NCBI GenBank assembly: GCA_019358935.1
Contig: JAHHIK010000016.1
Location: forward strand, 36,046 to 100,045
Source: Tolypothrix carrinoi HA7290-LM1
Lineage (GTDB): Bacteria; Cyanobacteriota; Cyanobacteriia; Cyanobacteriales; Nostocaceae
DNA: 64,000 nucleotides
Direction of reading: 5' to 3'
Shown here: positions 19,524-29,648 of the stretch, in pieces
Numbering within the stretch: position 1 is the stretch's first letter
Layout of the letters: each line of letters opens with the position of its first letter
Notes under the pieces: model-generated
What the model was told of the DNA's origin: nothing
What the model saw: only the letters and a program-made list of their open reading frames with translations
The model's database searches: none
Program-made: the position numbers and the translations under genes

Positions 19524-22181
19524 ATGACTTCAGCTGCTGAAATGCCAGCTAGTACTGGCTCCAGATCGATGTCAAACCAAAGTACTGCATACACCCAGCA
19601 ACCCGATCCATTGAGAACGGCTAGCGGTGTTTACGTAGCTGTACACGGTCATTTTTACCAACCGCCACGGGAAAATCCTTATTTGGATGCGATTGAACGC
19701 CAACCTGGTGCCGCACCTTTCCATGACTGGAATGAGCGGATTCACTGGGAATGTTACCGCCCAAATGCCTTTGCCAGGGTGTTAAACAACCGAGGTGAAG
19801 TGCTGGGGATCGTGAATAATTACGAGTATTTCAGCTTTAATATTGGACCTACGTTGATGTCGTGGCTAGAACGCCATGATGTGGAGGTTTATCAACGGAT
19901 TTTAGAGGCAGATCGTTCAAGTTGCGATCGCCTAAACGGTCATGGCAATGCGATCGCGCAAGTATACAATCACATCATCATGCCTCTCGCCAACGAGCGC
20001 GACAAACAAACTCAAATCCACTGGGGTAAAGAAGACTTCCGATCCCGCTTTGGACGCGATCCCGAAGGTATGTGGCTAGCAGAAGCTGCCGTAGATTACG
20101 CAACCTTAGAAGCTTTAGTTGCTGAAGGCATTCGCTTTATCGTCCTCGCACCTTCTCAAGCACTACGTTGTCGTCCCTTACCAAATAACGAGAATCCGCA
20201 CCCAGGATGGCACGAAGTCGGTGGCGCTCAAATTGATTCTACCCGCCCTTATCGTTGTTATTTGAAAGAAAGTGGGGAAAATGACGATCCCCCATACATT
20301 GATATTTTCTTCTACGATGGTCCGATATCGCGGGATATGGGTTTTAGTGATGTGGTTTACAATTCCAGTCACTTTACAGGACGCATCGGTTCAGCGGTGC
20401 GCGGGGATCATCGTCCTGCACAGTTAATTTCTGTAGCGACGGATGGGGAAACCTTTGGACATCATAAGAAAGGAACTGAGAAAACTCTCGCTTACGCATT
20501 CATCGAAGAATTTCCCCGCCAAGGTTGGACGGTAACGAACTTTGCCCACTACCTCAGCTTAGAAGCGCCTGCTTGGGAAGTTGAATTAAAGCCTGTCACG
20601 GCATGGAGTTGCGCCCACGGTGTCGATAGATGGCAAGATGATTGCGGTTGTGGTGGTGAAGGTGGAGTATGGCATCAAAAATGGCGGCGTCCGTTGCGAG
20701 ATGCGCTAAATTGGCTGCGCGATCGCTTAGTTGATGTATATGAAGAATATGGCAGACAGCTTTTTAGCGATCCCTGGCAAGCGAGAAATGAATATATCGA
20801 GGTGATGCGCGATCGCTCTCCAGCGAATATTAACAGATTCCTCAGCCGCCATCAAACTCACAAACTGACAGCCGCCGAACAAGTAGACGCATTACGACTT
20901 TTAGAAATGCAGCGTCATGCTTTACTGATGTTTACTAGTTGCGGTTGGTTTTTTGAAGAAATTTCCCGCCCAGAAGGAACGCAGATTATGCGCTATGCGG
21001 CGCGGGCGATGGAATTGGCGGGAGATGTGGCAGGTGTACAGTTAGAAAAAGGCTTTGTTAAACGCCTTGGTTTAGCCCCCAGTAATGTTGATATATTCAA
21101 GCATGGTGGGGAAATTTATCGCCAATTGGTGCTAACAGCGCAAGTCGGTTTTAAGCAAGTTGCCGCACATTACGCGATTACTTCATTATTTGGGAATAGC
21201 GATCGCAAACCGACAGAAACCCGCAATTCTGCAACTAAGCTTCCGCATCCTTACCAAAAGCGGGTTTATTGCTACACGGCAAATGAGCTAGATTACCAAA
21301 TGCAACGCCTGGGATCGCTAACTTTGGCGATGGGACAAGTAAAGCTGGTGTCAGAAATTACTTGGGAGAGCGAGCATTTAGTCTTTGCCGTGCTGCATTT
21401 GGGAGGCTGGGATTTTCATTGCTGCATTCAACCTTTTGAGGGTAGACGTAGTTACAGCCAGTTAAAAGAAAAGCTGTTTGCAGCGCTGGAACAAGCGAGT
21501 GCGGCTCATACTATCTTGGCGATGACGCAGTTGTTTGGCGAAGAACCTTTCAGCTTGCAGAATTTATTCGCCGAGGAACGCCATCGAATTATGCGGTTAT
21601 TGAGTCAGGAAACACTGACACGTTTAAATGAGCTTTATACTCAAACGTACCGGGATAATTACGGAGTGATGATGGCATTCCACCGGGATCAACTGGAAGT
21701 ACCGCAAGAATTGCAGGTGGCAGCGGAAATTGCCTTAGGGCATCGGTGTATGATGACATTGCGATCGCTTGAGCAAGACATCGCCGAGCCGCAACTAAGC
21801 GCGAATCATCTGGTAGAATTAGAGGCGATCGCCAAAGAAGCGAAACATCTGCATTGTCGGTTGAACATTCACGACGGCAAGGTGATGTTAGAGCAATTGA
21901 TTTTGCGATCGCTTTGGCAATTATTGCACGATCCCAACGGCACATTCGATGCAGATATCCAACGCTTAGAAAGGTTGATAGATATTGGCTATGACATGAA
22001 TATCGGTATTTCTTTGGAGCGATCCCAGGAATTATACTTTAGCTGTCTGCACAGTCAAATATTACCGCATTGTGCGGCTGCGATCGCTAGTGGGAAAGAT
22101 ACTCATCAGTGTCGGCATTTGTTGAAGTTGGGACAAAAGTTAGCTGTTGATGTTAGTCCTTGGTTGAGTCAGTTCGGGTAA
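19524..22181 (+). CDS. Glycoside hydrolase family 57 / DUF3536 protein
   Basis: HGHFYQPPRENP, GMWLAE, ATDGETFGHH, SWSCAHG-like AWSCAHG. Confidence 0.88.
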   Translation: MTSAAEMPASTGSRSMSNQSTAYTQQPDPLRTASGVYVAVHGHFYQPPRENPYLDAIERQPGAAPFHDWNERIHWECYRPNAFARVLNNRGEVLGIVNNYEYFSFNIGPTLMSWLERHDVEVYQRILEADRSSCDRLNGHGNAIAQVYNHIIMPLANERDKQTQIHWGKEDFRSRFGRDPEGMWLAEAAVDYATLEALVAEGIRFIVLAPSQALRCRPLPNNENPHPGWHEVGGAQIDSTRPYRCYLKESGENDDPPYIDIFFYDGPISRDMGFSDVVYNSSHFTGRIGSAVRGDHRPAQLISVATDGETFGHHKKGTEKTLAYAFIEEFPRQGWTVTNFAHYLSLEAPAWEVELKPVTAWSCAHGVDRWQDDCGCGGEGGVWHQKWRRPLRDALNWLRDRLVDVYEEYGRQLFSDPWQARNEYIEVMRDRSPANINRFLSRHQTHKLTAAEQVDALRLLEMQRHALLMFTSCGWFFEEISRPEGTQIMRYAARAMELAGDVAGVQLEKGFVKRLGLAPSNVDIFKHGGEIYRQLVLTAQVGFKQVAAHYAITSLFGNSDRKPTETRNSATKLPHPYQKRVYCYTANELDYQMQRLGSLTLAMGQVKLVSEITWESEHLVFAVLHLGGWDFHCCIQPFEGRRSYSQLKEKLFAALEQASAAHTILAMTQLFGEEPFSLQNLFAEERHRIMRLLSQETLTRLNELYTQTYRDNYGVMMAFHRDQLEVPQELQVAAEIALGHRCMMTLRSLEQDIAEPQLSANHLVELEAIAKEAKHLHCRLNIHDGKVMLEQLILRSLWQLLHDPNGTFDADIQRLERLIDIGYDMNIGISLERSQELYFSCLHSQILPHCAAAIASGKDTHQCRHLLKLGQKLAVDVSPWLSQFG

Positions 22182-22335
22182 GGGGACAAGGGGGAGAAGG
22201 GAGACAAGGGGGATGAGGGGGACAAGGGAGACAAGGAGGACAAGGGGGAGTTTGTCTCCTCGTCTTCCTTGTCTCCCCCCTCTCCCTTGTCTCCCCCCTC
22301 TCCCCCACTCCTCCACTCCCCCACTCCTCCACTTT
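22182..22335. repeat. Inverted 9-mer/8-mer repeat array (GGGGACAAG)n...(CTTGTCTCC)n(CCCCACTC)n
   Basis: G-rich arm followed by complementary C-rich arm; same family as the recJ insertion and 42280-42322. Confidence 0.8.
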
Positions 22336-22340
22336 CCTAG

Positions 22341-22607
22341 TTAAATGTGACGGTGAGTATTTTTTGAAGAGGCTTCGCGATCGCAATGGTAGGGATAAAG
22401 CCACTCACATTTGAAGAGTCCGTGGCTGTATTTTTCAAAAACAGTACCGGCATGTATTCCTGGTGCTAAATCAATCCCGGCTTTTGTTTTGATTTCGTAT
22501 AGCTTGGGAAAAGCTGCGATAAAAACAGCTATAACCACGAAAAAGCAAAAGAAAAGAGTTGTAACTTTGGGAACTTTTTGGTAATTGCTGTTAAGGTTTT
22601 TAGACAT
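22341..22607 (-). CDS. Small membrane-anchored hypothetical protein
   Basis: 88-aa ORF with N-terminal TM helix, co-oriented downstream of the HNH gene. Confidence 0.55.
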   Translation of the reverse strand: MSKNLNSNYQKVPKVTTLFFCFFVVIAVFIAAFPKLYEIKTKAGIDLAPGIHAGTVFEKYSHGLFKCEWLYPYHCDREASSKNTHRHI

Positions 22608-22637
22608 ATTGCCAAGAAACTAACAGTTAATATTATC

Positions 22638-22883
22638 CTATAAATCAAAATGTCGCCGAAAGCGGTGATCAGTTTTATCTGTTTTTTGAAGGTTGCAGGT
22701 AAAGCAGAGTGTTTGTAAGTTACTGATATCATTTTGACCACCACGGGCGAGGGGTATAATATGGTCAATAGTGAGATTAGTTTCGTCATTTGCTTTACCA
22801 CAACTTTGACATTGATATTTGTCGCGTTGAAATACATATTTCCTCACCTCGGTCGGGATGCGAATGCGGGGAGTTTTACTCAT
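22638..22883 (-). CDS. HNH endonuclease
   Basis: CQSCG...IDHIIPLARGGQNDISNLQTLCFTCN; start overlaps the KGK stop. Confidence 0.9.
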   Translation of the reverse strand: MSKTPRIRIPTEVRKYVFQRDKYQCQSCGKANDETNLTIDHIIPLARGGQNDISNLQTLCFTCNLQKTDKTDHRFRRHFDL

Positions 22884-23326
22884 GTGCTGACTTCGTTTAT
22901 CATGCGACGAATGTCATCAAGTGGTGACTCTGGTTGAGTGATTTCGGGTTCATCTGGGGAGAATTCTAAGATAAACTGAATTTTAGCTTTTTCAGTTGTA
23001 TTAGGAAAAAACTCTATAAAAGCTTGAGTTCTAAGTTTTCCTTTTTGCCAGCTTTTAGCACCAAGTCTAAGAATTTCACATTCTTTACCTTCTTTTGGTG
23101 AACTTAAATTAATAGTTAAATCACATTGTCCAAAAGATAGATATATTAAAGAATAAATCCTTTGTACTGTACCAGCACGTTGGTCTTCTTTTCCATAAAG
23201 ATGATTTACTTTTTTCTTAAATTCATTTTCTAAATCGCTTTTTAATTTAGCAAATTTTACTAAATTCCCATTAAATGACACAACATCATCATCATTACAT
23301 TCTAAAAGTTTAAATTTATTGTTCAT
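22880..23326 (-). CDS. KGK domain protein
   Basis: CEILRLGAKSWQKGKLR...EFSPDEPE...ESPLDDIR. Confidence 0.85.
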   Translation of the reverse strand: MNNKFKLLECNDDDVVSFNGNLVKFAKLKSDLENEFKKKVNHLYGKEDQRAGTVQRIYSLIYLSFGQCDLTINLSSPKEGKECEILRLGAKSWQKGKLRTQAFIEFFPNTTEKAKIQFILEFSPDEPEITQPESPLDDIRRMINEVST

Positions 23327-23360
23327 ATTAATTTATATTTTTTATTTACCTAAAAATATC

Positions 23361-23759
23361 TCAAAAGCTGCTTTCATTAGCCATGCGACGGATGTCCTCA
23401 AGTGGTGATTCCGGTTCGGTGATTTGTGGTCTTTCTTTAATTTCCGGTTCATCAGGACAAAATTCTATAGTAACTTTGATTTTTATTTTTCCTTGCTGCC
23501 AGCCTTTTCCACCAACTTTTAGGACTTCACAATCTAAACCCTCGCCAAACCATTTCCAGGTTCTCAAACTTCCATGATTATTGCATCCCGGATCTATTTC
23601 AATTTTTTTGGATATTAATGATTTATGTAGTGTCTCTGCTAATACTCCCCGAAATATTTCTTTGATTGCGTGCTTGACATGACCAATTTTAAATGCTTGA
23701 TTTTTAACTGACAAAGCATCATCATTATTACAATTTTGCAGATTAAAATTTTCTTCCAT
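23361..23759 (-). CDS. KGK domain protein
   Basis: WFGEGLDCEVLKVGGKGWQQGKIKIKVTIEFCPDEPE...ESPLEDIR. Confidence 0.88.
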   Translation of the reverse strand: MEENFNLQNCNNDDALSVKNQAFKIGHVKHAIKEIFRGVLAETLHKSLISKKIEIDPGCNNHGSLRTWKWFGEGLDCEVLKVGGKGWQQGKIKIKVTIEFCPDEPEIKERPQITEPESPLEDIRRMANESSF

Positions 23760-24131
23760 ATCAACCTTGATTTTTGAAATTGTTTTACAACTGTACTCAA
23801 CAATTGTATTCGCATCAAATATAAATCGTCACTACATCGGCGAAACGCCCTGCGCCAAGCGCACGCTACGCGAACAGAATAGAATTCTGGGGCTATACAA
23901 ACAAAGTCCGCCTACGCGGACTTCAAACAACTCTTCTCTTTGCGTCTTTGCGCCTTTGCGTGAGTAAAAAGAATATCAAACTACAGATAAATACAGATAA
24001 TTACCTGTATTTACCTAAGCACATAATCGCATAAATCCCTAACGAATTCAAATCAGAAAACCTCTGCGATCCTCTGCGCTTACTTTGTGTTCCTCTGCGT
24101 TTAAAAACGCGCTCATTTTCACGCTTAGATT

Positions 24132-25559
24132 CTAATCCTCCTCTACAACATCCCCTAAACCATCTGATATGAGAAAACCATTACTCAAAATACTTCTTTT
24201 ACTAGCTTCCGAAACCTCATAAATTTTCAGCGAATCATCAAATAGAGGTAACAAACAGTCATATAACTTCATCGCTTGCAAACAACTATTAATTGCCGAA
24301 ACTGCTGAATTATACTGCTCAATCTTTTGTTCAACAGTAAGTAATAACCGTCGATTATTCAAGATTTTATTCTCAGCTTCTTGTGCAAGCGTTTCTTCTA
24401 AATAAGCACGCGCATGAGAGTATTGTTGCAAAATCTCATCCGCTTGCTTATCAGCCATTGGTAACAACTGACTTTTGATAGTTTGGTTAATAGTCTGGCG
24501 GAAGTTTTTGCGGATGGTTTCGGAAACTTTCGGCTCAAAATCTAACTTTAATAATTGCCTAATTGCGGGTTCCGCTTCTACCATGCTTTCGCAATCGTAA
24601 CCTTGAGAAGTTTGCAGCAATGTTTGCCGAAATTGATATATTGAAAAAGTGCCTTCATCGTAAAATCTGGGACTTTCTCGAACAAAGCGATCGCGAATTC
24701 CCCCATTCCCCCGCATCGTTTCCAAAAGTTCCGTTTCTTCCTTCGTCATATCACCCGCTGAAGCAGGTTTCAAGACACACACCACCGCAGATGTATCAGA
24801 ATGTTGAATTTTCGCGTAAGTTAACTGTGCATCCTTCTCAACTGGCGCATCAATTCCCGGTGTGTCGATAATCACATTTCCATCCTGCAACAAAGGATGA
24901 TGACAGTAATATTCAATGCGTTTCAAAACAGCACTATTGCTACCACGACGCGCATATCCAGCAGCTTCCTTCAAATTAGAAAAGTTGAATTGCTCCATCG
25001 AATATGTGGCATTATTAACTGTATGAATGCGTTCTCGATTTGCCACATATCCATCAAGCAATAAAATTAACGCCTTCGCTTGTTTCGCACGTTCCGATTT
25101 ATTCTCACCACCCTCTTGCTGAATAATTGCTTCACATCCTTGATGCAACAAATCAATTACTTCAACTTTATTAATATTGATTCCTTCCTTAAATTTCAAC
25201 AGTTGACACAAAGAAGTTGCTTGTTCTCGAATTTCAACTTCACTTAAAAACGTTAAAACAACTCGTTCCTTATTAACTTCCGCATACTCAATTTTGCATT
25301 CCGTGCCAGTAGCATGTCCCTCTGCACTATACAACAATTCCCGCTCCAACAGCGCATTAATTAGCATCGACTTCCCCGCGCTAAACGCACCCGCAAACAC
25401 AATTTCAAACTTCGGAGAAATCGCTTTACCCAAAGAAGTTTGCACTGATGTAACGTCATGGCTTCGCAAACTTGGTTCTTGCTGTAAAAGTTGTAATATA
25501 AACTCAACTTGTTCTTTCAGATTTTTACACTGAAGCGGTAGATATGACATATTCGACAC
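24132..25559 (-). CDS. Bacterial dynamin-like GTPase, apparently internally deleted (possible pseudogene)
   Basis: G1 GAFSAGKS, G2 ATG, G3 DTPG; no G4 (N[K/R]xD) segment; only 475 aa; abrupt junction IRDR|FVRESP at a HIP1 site. Confidence 0.75.
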   Translation of the reverse strand: MSNMSYLPLQCKNLKEQVEFILQLLQQEPSLRSHDVTSVQTSLGKAISPKFEIVFAGAFSAGKSMLINALLERELLYSAEGHATGTECKIEYAEVNKERVVLTFLSEVEIREQATSLCQLLKFKEGININKVEVIDLLHQGCEAIIQQEGGENKSERAKQAKALILLLDGYVANRERIHTVNNATYSMEQFNFSNLKEAAGYARRGSNSAVLKRIEYYCHHPLLQDGNVIIDTPGIDAPVEKDAQLTYAKIQHSDTSAVVCVLKPASAGDMTKEETELLETMRGNGGIRDRFVRESPRFYDEGTFSIYQFRQTLLQTSQGYDCESMVEAEPAIRQLLKLDFEPKVSETIRKNFRQTINQTIKSQLLPMADKQADEILQQYSHARAYLEETLAQEAENKILNNRRLLLTVEQKIEQYNSAVSAINSCLQAMKLYDCLLPLFDDSLKIYEVSEASKRSILSNGFLISDGLGDVVEED

Positions 25560-25652
25560 CTAAAAATATATTAATATAGTTTAAGAATATTTCTCTACTC
25601 AATGGTTCAGTAAAATTACTAGGTTAGTTTCTCATTCCCAACCACACCAAAA

Positions 25653-26054
25653 ATGAAAATCTTTCCTCTCAGACTCAAACCCGACCAAGATTTGAGACAA
25701 AATTTAAAAAACTTCGCCAATCAAGAAAATATCAAAGCAGGTTTTATACTAAGTGCTATTGGTAGCCTCAAACAAGCAAAAATCCGCTTTGCAAATCAAT
25801 CAAATAGCATATTATTAACAGATAAATTTGAAATTATTTCCCTCAACGGAACAATAGCAACTTCCGGCGTACATTTACATATTGCTATTTCCGATAAACA
25901 AGGTAAAACTATCGGCGGACATCTTGACAATGAATGCATCATCTACACAACCGCCGAAATAATAATTGGTACAACAGAACAATTCATCTTTAATAGAACT
26001 ATCGACGAACAAACAGGCTATAAAGAACTAGAAATTATCCCCAATAACTCCTAA
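25653..26054 (+). CDS. PPC/DUF296 domain protein
   Basis: LRLKPDQDL, FEIISLNGT, HLHIAISD...GGHL. Confidence 0.88.
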   Translation: MKIFPLRLKPDQDLRQNLKNFANQENIKAGFILSAIGSLKQAKIRFANQSNSILLTDKFEIISLNGTIATSGVHLHIAISDKQGKTIGGHLDNECIIYTTAEIIIGTTEQFIFNRTIDEQTGYKELEIIPNNS

Positions 26055-26401
26055 TCTCTTCCTTTCCCTCTTTCTTCGTGTCCTTAGCGACTTCGCGGTT
26101 CGTATTCTTATCAGTAGTAAGCGATTTATCGCTTCTTTTAAGCACTAAAGTGCTCACTACGAGTTGAAATTTACATTTACTTTTCACAAAACCATCAGTC
26201 AAACTGTCACATAAGAACAATTTAATAAAACTGTTGGCATCATACTAATAATATTCTGACCGCCTGATAGCAATCCGCATAGTGATTCGTGAACGGTGGT
26301 AGGTGGGGATTGTCTTCTGCGTTACATCCATCTCTGCTCACCCTGTCAAATCACAATATAAAATGGAGCATTGCTATGACTAAACGGCATTGGAGATTGT
26401 C

Positions 26402-27814
26402 ATGGTATTAGACAATTTTCGCCGAAAACTACGCCAAGAAGCACAAAAATGGCGGGATGAAGGAATTATTAGTTCTTCATGTTACCAAGACCTAGGAAAA
26501 CGTTATCAATTTGATAACCTGGAAATAGCTGCACGCGATCGCTTCGTTTTCATCGTGATTGCGATCGGCAGCATTTTGTTAAGCTTAGGCATAATTACCT
26601 TTGTAGCCGCAAACTGGCAAGCATGGTCACGAGATGTCAAATTTGTGATTTTGATCAGTTTGTTTTTCGCAACTACTATCACAGGTTTTTACTCTTTTAG
26701 AGAACCTACACTTAATGCCCAAGGAAAAAAGCAGCCACGCAGCAAACAACTATTAGGAGAAAGTTTGCTAATTTTAGGCGCTTTGATATTAGGTGCAAAT
26801 ATTGCGTTGATGGCGCAAATGTTTAATATCAGCGGTTCAACTTCCCAACTATTTCTTTGCTGGGGGTTGGGTGTTTTAATCATGACATATGGACTTAGCT
26901 TGACTTCTTTAGGAATCTTATCAATTATCCTTTTACAAATAGGATATTGGACAGGATTAGGAGAATTATCTTACTCTGCAAGTGACTTTAGTTGGTCGCG
27001 ATTATTGGTGCAACATATGCCATTATTTATTTGGTTGCTGTTTGTACCCTTAGCTTATTTATGCCGATCGCGTTGGATATTTGCACTCGCAGCGATCGCC
27101 TTTACCATTTCCTTGCAATTCAACCTCAATCCACTGCAACGTTTAGCTTATAATAATACAGCGCCTTGGGTTGCATCTTTTGCTTTTGCACTTCCAGCCG
27201 CATTATTTTGGAGTTACGATGACCTACTATTCCCCACAATAAATTTTAGGTTATTTCAACCCCTCGCCCAAAGTCTCTCGCTATGGTTTTTCGGAACTCT
27301 ATTTTACGTCCTTTCCTTTTATTGGGTTTGGCAATATCCATCCTCCGGATTTTATCCCCTAACAACCAACTCACCGATTAGGTCATTTCCCCTAATTGAT
27401 TTAGGAATTTTCAGCGGTTTAGTAGTATTGCAATGGTTGTTTATGCTGCGTTATCGCAACAGCCTAACCCGTCGAGGAATGGATATCACCAACGTCTTCA
27501 TTACCAGCTTTATTGTCATCGTCGCCTTGATACCTTTTTGGCATCAAGCTGTTACTCGCATTCCCGGTTTAGCAGTTTTTATCTTCAATATTCTTCTGGG
27601 AATATTTGCCTTTGGACTTATGCGACACGGCATAGAATACGGCGATAGACGCACATTTTGGGGCGGAATGCTGTTATTAACACTGCAAATTATTAGCCGC
27701 ATGTGGGAATATGACACAGACTTAATTTTCAAGTCATTTGTCTTTGCTATGTGCGGCATCGGTATCATTAGCGCCGGACTTTGGTTTGAACGGCGTTTAA
27801 CAGTTAGTCGATAG
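26402..27814 (+). CDS. DUF2157 membrane protein
   Basis: GIITFVAANW, GANIALMAQMFNI, multiple TMs. Confidence 0.82.
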   Translation: MVLDNFRRKLRQEAQKWRDEGIISSSCYQDLGKRYQFDNLEIAARDRFVFIVIAIGSILLSLGIITFVAANWQAWSRDVKFVILISLFFATTITGFYSFREPTLNAQGKKQPRSKQLLGESLLILGALILGANIALMAQMFNISGSTSQLFLCWGLGVLIMTYGLSLTSLGILSIILLQIGYWTGLGELSYSASDFSWSRLLVQHMPLFIWLLFVPLAYLCRSRWIFALAAIAFTISLQFNLNPLQRLAYNNTAPWVASFAFALPAALFWSYDDLLFPTINFRLFQPLAQSLSLWFFGTLFYVLSFYWVWQYPSSGFYPLTTNSPIRSFPLIDLGIFSGLVVLQWLFMLRYRNSLTRRGMDITNVFITSFIVIVALIPFWHQAVTRIPGLAVFIFNILLGIFAFGLMRHGIEYGDRRTFWGGMLLLTLQIISRMWEYDTDLIFKSFVFAMCGIGIISAGLWFERRLTVSR

Positions 27815-28128
27815 TGGATAGTGGTTAGTGGATAGTGGTTAGTGGTTAGTGGTTAGTCGATAGTGGTTAGTGGATAGTGGATAGTCGATAGTCGAGAACT
27901 GTTAACCGTCAACTAACAACCAACAACTAACAACCAACAATTAACAACCATCAACTATCAACCATCAACTATCAACCAACAACTATCAACCAACAACTAT
28001 CAACCATCAACTATCAACCATCAACTAACAACCATCAACCATCAACCAACAACTATCAACCAACAACCAACAACCAACAACCAACAACCAACAACCAACA
28101 ACCAACAACCATCAACTATCAACCATCA
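27805..28128. repeat. Inverted STRR arrays (GTGGWTA)n ... (CAACYAW)n
   Basis: Visible heptamer periodicity with a GT-rich arm followed by a longer CA-rich arm. Confidence 0.85.
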
Positions 28129-28131
28129 AAA

Positions 28132-28851
28132 ATGAAAAGCAATTCCAACGAATCTAACAAATCTTTGACACCGGAAATGGAATTCTCCAAAAAGGTGACT
28201 TTTGACGATTACATTAAAGCTAATGAACAAAAATCAACAAAGCCTTTACCTTTTTGGCGGCTAATAGTTCCCTTGCTGATTCAAACAGCATTGATTATGG
28301 CGATACCATTTCAAGCGATGTTTACTCATGTCACTGGTAAAACAGTAATCTTGCAAACTGTACCAGTAAACCCTGATGATGCGTTACAGGGAAATTCGGT
28401 GAACCTTGATTACAATATCGCTCGTTACAACACTTTGAGAAGATTACCAGGATGGCAAGAATTAGTTAGACGCCGTTCTAATAGAAACAGACAATACGTT
28501 TCTTTAGCTGAGGGAACCAACTTTTATGTAACTTTGCAAGAGCAAGAATTTCCAGATTCTCGTAATCCTAGGGCTTGGAAGCCGGTGCGGGTTAGTGTTA
28601 ATCCCCCTAGAACTTTAGCCGCAAATCAGGTTGCTTTAAAAGGTGTTTATGAGAATGGAGCTATTAACTATGGTATGGAATCATATTCCATCCCCGAAGA
28701 CCAAAGGCAGCAAATTAATAATAATCTTTTTCAGGCACAGCAAACCCAACAAAGACGGCAACAACCGATTTTAGTGGAAGCTAAAGTAGATGCAGAGGGT
28801 AATGCTGTACCCGTTAGTATGTGGGTACAAAATCGCAACTACCGCTTTTAA
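28132..28851 (+). CDS. GDYXXLXY-family protein (partner of DUF2157)
   Basis: GKTVILQTVPVNP...GNSVNLDY variant motif; YGMESYSIPE; synteny with DUF2157. Confidence 0.78.
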   Translation: MKSNSNESNKSLTPEMEFSKKVTFDDYIKANEQKSTKPLPFWRLIVPLLIQTALIMAIPFQAMFTHVTGKTVILQTVPVNPDDALQGNSVNLDYNIARYNTLRRLPGWQELVRRRSNRNRQYVSLAEGTNFYVTLQEQEFPDSRNPRAWKPVRVSVNPPRTLAANQVALKGVYENGAINYGMESYSIPEDQRQQINNNLFQAQQTQQRRQQPILVEAKVDAEGNAVPVSMWVQNRNYRF

Positions 28852-29087
28852 TCCTCACGTCTTAACTGCCATGCGGCACCAAAAGCTGCCCCAGCCCCAG
28901 CTAGCAAACCGGTACTCATTCCTTCTATAGTTTTGTTAATGGGGTTTTGGGTCAAGCACTCACTCGTCACGGTATCGGCTTGCAAGCAAATGGTGCTTTC
29001 TGCCCAACTTGCCGTACCTCCTAAAACTACACCGGTGACACTACAGGAAACAATTAGCAGTAAAAGGCGTTTGGTTTTTCTATCCAT
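28848..29087 (-). CDS. Small membrane hypothetical protein
   Basis: 79-aa ORF with two hydrophobic Gly/Ala-rich segments and a Cys pair. Confidence 0.65.
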   Translation of the reverse strand: MDRKTKRLLLLIVSCSVTGVVLGGTASWAESTICLQADTVTSECLTQNPINKTIEGMSTGLLAGAGAAFGAAWQLRRED

Positions 29088-29648
29088 AGAGGGTTGCGGA
29101 AAATCTTACTAACGGTATACGACTCTCAACTACTTTACACATACGTGGAAATAATGTCACCTGTTTTCGTCTAAAAAAAAGCGATCGCTCTTTAACATTT
29201 CGCTGCTTTCCCTTTCCCAACCGCAACCAAAACCCACACCCGTCAGCGTTTTGCTCATTACCGCTTCTCGCTTGGACTGGGAGAAGTTAGGTTTTTCTTT
29301 GCGGATTTAGGAGCAAACGCTAATTTATATGTCATATTTCACACCCAACATGTACTGATATAGTTGACAAAACTTATTAATTAATAGCATACACATATTT
29401 AGCCAATTATTTTTATTAGAAAAAGATGGCTTTTATGAAGTTTAGATGTTTGCCAAAATACAAGTAAATTTTACATTAAGGCATTAAAAATATTGAGCGA
29501 TCGCTTGACAATAATTAACCGCCAATATACATCCCCAGATTTAAGCTGAATGTGTCTTAAACAGAGTTTAATAAATAGATTATCTAAATATTTTTCCGAA
29601 AGCAATATTAATCAAAAATTGCGTTTTATTAGTTAAAGGAGACTCGTC

